A DNA stretch of 64,000 nt from Deltaproteobacteria bacterium (GTDB lineage: Bacteria; Myxococcota_A; Polyangia; JAAYKL01): contig JAFGQN010000073.1 in assembly GCA_016935665.1 (NCBI GenBank), positions 21,943 to 85,942 of the forward strand. The letters are read 5' to 3'. Below the pieces are notes generated by a model. The model had not been told where the DNA came from. It ran no database searches and saw only the letters and a list, made by a program, of their open reading frames with translations. A program made the position numbers and the translations under genes. Shown one piece after another: positions 60,108 through 64,000 of the stretch. The first letter of the stretch is position 1, and each line of letters opens with the position of its first letter.

Positions 60108-61280
60108 ATGCGTCACACAACACACTTGTCTATTATCGTTTTCGTTCTCATGTTCACTGGATCTGCAGTCGCTTATTCACAGGCAGCTGAAAACGGCAAC
60201 GATTTAAACAGCGCTGTAAGCACCGGTGCGCCACAAATAGTGTCTTCACCAAACCTTGCCGGATATGATGGCGGAGTTCATGTCACTGACAAAAATTCCC
60301 GATTTCATCTGCTCATTAATGGCATGGTAAAAACACGATTTGACCTTTCTGGCGATGAAATGGTTCAGAAGCCAGAGGGGATGGCATCCGATGTGACGCG
60401 CACCTTTCACTCCTCGTTCAACGTGCCGTTTGCACGGCTAATGTTTTCGGGGCACGTCTTCAGCAACAAACTCAAATACACACTTTTTTACGACTTCTCT
60501 AAAAACAAACTGATTTATGCTTTTTGGGCGTGGCACTTCATTCCGAAAAAACTGGTGCTCAAGGCGGGTAGGTTCAAAAGGCCTTTTGCACGCGCGTTTC
60601 TAGCGTCGTCGGTGCGGCGACAGTTCATCGACACCCCGCTGGGAATGCTTGGGCATGGCATTGACGTGGGGATTGAACTTGGCAACTGCTATTCCAACGT
60701 AAACGGTTTCGAATGGGCCATTGGTGTTTTCAATGGCAGCCCTGGAACATCGGGAGATTTATCGCCCAACATCACCGCCCGGCTGGGATACAACAACGGC
60801 ATTAAAGGATACGAGGAAACGGACTTCAATGGGGGCGGTTTCAGATACGGCTTTGGTATTAGTGGGTCGACGGAGTTTGATCATGACAACAACAACGCCA
60901 CAGTTCATTATGCCGGCGCCGATGTCATCGTCAAAGCCCATGGGTTCAGTGCAAATGGCGCAGTGTATCTCGGCGGCAGCGCAATGGATACTATTTTTGA
61001 TGAATCGAGAATGAGGCATGTGGGAGGCCATATCCAGGCAGGAATTGTCATTGGCCACCTGGTGGAGCCAATCGTGCGATACGGTTTTACCCATGAGCGT
61101 CATGTAAAAGACGATGTGCAACATGCGTTTACCGGCGGCGTGACGTTGCATTTTATCCCCAACCATCATCTCAAATGGGAAAACAATTTCACCATACACA
61201 ATACACCGCTGCCAGACAGCGCCCCTCAGAATGCGCTGGTTGATATGCTGTTCGTCAGTCAGCTGCAGCTGTTTTTTTAA
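60108..61280 (+). CDS. Outer-membrane porin (phosphate/anion-selective porin O/P-like)
   Basis: Signal peptide, beta-strand periodicity and a C-terminal Phe. Confidence 0.6.
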   Translation: MRHTTHLSIIVFVLMFTGSAVAYSQAAENGNDLNSAVSTGAPQIVSSPNLAGYDGGVHVTDKNSRFHLLINGMVKTRFDLSGDEMVQKPEGMASDVTRTFHSSFNVPFARLMFSGHVFSNKLKYTLFYDFSKNKLIYAFWAWHFIPKKLVLKAGRFKRPFARAFLASSVRRQFIDTPLGMLGHGIDVGIELGNCYSNVNGFEWAIGVFNGSPGTSGDLSPNITARLGYNNGIKGYEETDFNGGGFRYGFGISGSTEFDHDNNNATVHYAGADVIVKAHGFSANGAVYLGGSAMDTIFDESRMRHVGGHIQAGIVIGHLVEPIVRYGFTHERHVKDDVQHAFTGGVTLHFIPNHHLKWENNFTIHNTPLPDSAPQNALVDMLFVSQLQLFF

Positions 61281-61316
61281 AAACACCACGTCTCACGTGG
61301 CACAAATGGGAGGAAG

Positions 61317-62087
61317 GTGACTGATATGCGAATGTCCCTTGTAAAAAAATTGATTGCAAGCATGCAAAACCCGGACGCAATAGTCGAGGAACTTTGGGTG
61401 TTTCGTCACTGGGTGGTCGCTAAAACGTCAGTGGTCAGCATCCCTGATGCGGGTCCCGAAGGTCTCTGCTGCGGACGCAGTGATTTGTCAGACTGGCTGC
61501 ATAAACCAGTCCGCGAGGTGGTACCGGCGGGTATGACGTCACGGGATGCAGTGAGACGCGCCGCTGCAATGGCATGCCTGAACGGCTGTATTCGGCCAGC
61601 CAAAAGCATGTATGAAGGCAACTCAATTATACCGTTTGCCCAGATGGTGCGCAACGTGCCCACCTGCTTCATCGGACATTTTCAGGAAGCAGAACGATGG
61701 CGCAGCCTGGGATATCCGGTTACCATTGTTGAGCTGTTACCCCGCAAAGGAGATGTTCACTGGCTGGACGCAGATGAACAGCTGGCGCAGTGTCGCATAG
61801 TGTTTATCACCGGGCTGACATTGTTGAATGATACTTTCGAGCAGGTGATTGGCCGTACTCCCAACGCCAGAATCCGTGTTTTACTGGGGCCCACGGTACC
61901 CCCAACCGCGGCGTTACTGGAATGCGGCGTGCATGTAGTGGGCGGCACGAAAGTGGTTCATTTTGAGAAGTTACTGAAATATTTTCAATATGGCGGAACG
62001 AGTATAAAAAATGTGCCTGCCGGCGTTATTGAACGATTCAACATTGTACATCCCGGTTTGCAACTGAAAATGCAAAATGTAGCCTGA
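61317..62087 (+). CDS. DUF364/DUF4213-like protein, paralog of 53063..53854
   Basis: Conserved blocks shared with the paralog: VFRHWVVA, RRAAAMACLN, CFIGHF, GYPVTIVEL, FITGLTLLN, RTPNAR, GPTVP, YGGTS. Confidence 0.55.
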   Translation: MTDMRMSLVKKLIASMQNPDAIVEELWVFRHWVVAKTSVVSIPDAGPEGLCCGRSDLSDWLHKPVREVVPAGMTSRDAVRRAAAMACLNGCIRPAKSMYEGNSIIPFAQMVRNVPTCFIGHFQEAERWRSLGYPVTIVELLPRKGDVHWLDADEQLAQCRIVFITGLTLLNDTFEQVIGRTPNARIRVLLGPTVPPTAALLECGVHVVGGTKVVHFEKLLKYFQYGGTSIKNVPAGVIERFNIVHPGLQLKMQNVA

Positions 62088-62158
62088 AAAGCGTTTTGAA
62101 TCAGTAACGCGCAGGCCCCGGGAATATAAGCGTCGACAAACATTGAAGCGTTGTCGAA

Positions 62159-64000
62159 TCAGGTTGCTGCATTGTTTTGGCTGGATAAAAGGGTTTCCAG
62201 TACACTCGCAAATGGAATATGAGCGCAGATGTTGAAAAGAGGATTCCCTCGCAGGGTTTTCTTCGCAAAAACCGCTGGTGAATTCAATCCGCACAGGAAA
62301 CGGGCTTGCTGACGCGGCCTGCCGAGGGCTTTGGGATAACGAACGGAAAGAGCCCTTATGCGTTGAAGGATGTCGGCACTGATCTCATGGGCTGGACGCC
62401 TGTTTAAAATGACTGCTGTATCCCCCATGCAAATGCCGCAATGTCCACACGGTTCAATCTCCTCTCCAAACCAGGCAAGCAGACGACGGGTCAGACAGCT
62501 GGTTTCTTCAGCATAATTTATCATGTCGCTAATGCGGTCAATCTCAAGCTGCTCATGTTCATAAAACAGTTTCTCAAGATCTGTATACAGTTTGACGCGA
62601 TCAATGTCTTTCTTAACGCGTTTAAATTTTTGGCGGTAACCGGACAGCTGTAACGTGATGAGTTGTTTTTCCTGCAGGCTCTCCATTGCGCGGAGAATGA
62701 CATCACGATCAAATCCGGTTTTCTCCTTTGCCCCGACAATATCCAGCGTAATCCATTTGCGGGCTTTGTGGCAGCAGGCGAATATTTTTCTTAAAAATGC
62801 CCCCTGACTGGGAGTATATTGGTCCAGGATTTTGGCGCTCGTTTGATGCGGCTCAAAACGAATGTCGCTGTAATAGTAGCCGTCAAACTGAATTATTCCC
62901 ATTAACTCCATGTGCGTCAACAGAGTACTGACAACGAGCTGACGGATGTCGTGATCCCGTGCGAGCTCCCGGGCCGTTATATCAATATCGTCGCCTGCGT
63001 CCAGCAGGGTATTGACCACACCGGTAATGCCAGACGCATCGGGAGTATCTCCGTAAACAAAATTTTCAAGAGTAGTACAATCATCGGCACATGCAAAAAG
63101 TTCACAAATCGAGGGCGCGCCATCGCGACCCGCACGACCGGTTTCCTGCAGATAACTTTCAAACCCTTTTGCCAGATGGTAGTGATACACATAACGGATG
63201 TCCGCTTTGTCCACGCCCATACCAAACGCGATGGTGGCGCAAATGATTGGGATTCGCCCTGCCATAAACGCTTCCTGGGTTGCAACGCGCACCTCGGTTT
63301 TCAGGCCGGCATGATAGGGCGCTGCATTGAAACCGTTGTCGCAAAGCAGGCCGGCAATATACTCGGCGTCTTTTTGGAGGTGTACATAGACGATTGCCGA
63401 GCCTGCCGGGCGTTCATTCATTCGTTGCAACAGGAGTTGTTCCCGCGCATCCCCTTTGCATGCGGTCACACGGAATTCGAGATTTGGCCGATAGAACCCG
63501 GTATTGACAATATCGCGTTTGTGGATGTTGAAAGCGGCCGCCATATCGTCTGCAACTTTTGGTGTTGCCGTCGCCGTCAGTGCCAGCACCCGTTCAACCT
63601 TTAGTGATTTGACTGCCTGTGGCAGCTTAAGATAATCCGGCCTGAAATTGTGCCCCCATGCAGAAATACAGTGCGCTTCATCGACTGCCAGAAGACTTAT
63701 CTTCTGCCCCCTGATCAGGTTCAAAAAACGCTCATTGGTTAAACGCTCGGGGGAGACAAAGAGCATCTTTAAATCTCCCTGGCGAACAGCATTGGAAACC
63801 TGACGGTACTGATCTTCGCTAAGACTTGAATCCAATCGCTCAGCTTTAATATTCTTTGATTTGAGGCTGTCAATCTGATCCTTCATCAACGCCAGCAGCG
63901 GTGAAATCACCACTGTCAGTCCGGGAAGCATGAGTGCTGTAAGCTGGTAGCACAGGCTCTTGCCCGACCCCGTGGGAAATATGGCCGCAGCATTGCGCCC
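62159..64000 (-). CDS. recQ: ATP-dependent DNA helicase RecQ (N-terminus beyond the window end)
   Basis: [17 protein letters not shown], a helicase C-terminal domain, the RecQ zinc-binding Cys cluster, and RQC and HRDC-like regions. The frame is open to the window end. Confidence 0.85.
   Translation of the reverse strand, partial: GRNAAAIFPTGSGKSLCYQLTALMLPGLTVVISPLLALMKDQIDSLKSKNIKAERLDSSLSEDQYRQVSNAVRQGDLKMLFVSPERLTNERFLNLIRGQKISLLAVDEAHCISAWGHNFRPDYLKLPQAVKSLKVERVLALTATATPKVADDMAAAFNIHKRDIVNTGFYRPNLEFRVTACKGDAREQLLLQRMNERPAGSAIVYVHLQKDAEYIAGLLCDNGFNAAPYHAGLKTEVRVATQEAFMAGRIPIICATIAFGMGVDKADIRYVYHYHLAKGFESYLQETGRAGRDGAPSICELFACADDCTTLENFVYGDTPDASGITGVVNTLLDAGDDIDITARELARDHDIRQLVVSTLLTHMELMGIIQFDGYYYSDIRFEPHQTSAKILDQYTPSQGAFLRKIFACCHKARKWITLDIVGAKEKTGFDRDVILRAMESLQEKQLITLQLSGYRQKFKRVKKDIDRVKLYTDLEKLFYEHEQLEIDRISDMINYAEETSCLTRRLLAWFGEEIEPCGHCGICMGDTAVILNRRPAHEISADILQRIRALSVRYPKALGRPRQQARFLCGLNSPAVFAKKTLRGNPLFNICAHIPFASVLETLLSSQNNAAT

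Noticed and set aside
62912-63604. 230-aa plus-strand ORF
   Set aside because: It is antisense to recQ, which has strong helicase motifs on the minus strand.

Overview
This 64 kb window looks like a chromosomal segment of a Gram-negative bacterium. GC is about 50%, Shine-Dalgarno sites are present but irregular, and there are many lipoproteins and secreted proteins. A fibro-slime domain protein and a Cys-rich repeat lipoprotein hint at a Fibrobacter-like lineage; this is an inference from my own pattern recognition.

Roughly 50 genes are supportable. Housekeeping genes include glk, glmU, a CDP-alcohol phosphatidyltransferase, yigZ, tRNA-Gly(GCC), phoH, folD, mgtE, recO, an Fe-alcohol dehydrogenase, a K+ channel with an RCK domain and a LytS/LytTR two-component pair. 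recQ runs off the 3' end of the window and a UDP-sugar pyrophosphorylase-like gene runs off the 5' end.

No transposases, integrases or CRISPR arrays were seen.

Three things stand out:
- A 1031-aa single-polypeptide fusion of a TIR domain, a radical SAM core (CX5CX2C, GGEPL), a Cys-rich SPASM/twitch-like segment, a helical TPR-like region and a tandemly duplicated C-terminal module. It is embedded between glk, a VOC/glyoxalase gene and the UDPGP gene. This is the best candidate for an undescribed TIR-based defence or signalling enzyme.
- A putative molybdenum/tungsten regulon: modA-modB, a divergent modC, a porin O/P gene, and a TonB-dependent receptor + FecBCDE-type ABC importer + XdhC + DUF364 operon. 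Each has a triplicated about 30 nt cis-element upstream that combines a sigma-54-like GG-N10-GC core with a CGTTAT-N11-ATAACG inverted repeat. A ModE N-terminal-domain-only regulator gene lies nearby.
- Several repeat-containing secreted proteins: an 18-bp DNA tandem repeat encoding (GDTDTD)n, Cys-rich CxxxDxCDGxGxC repeats, and a 258-bp in-gene duplication.

All functional calls are from motif-level reading of the translated ORFs. No database searches were run.
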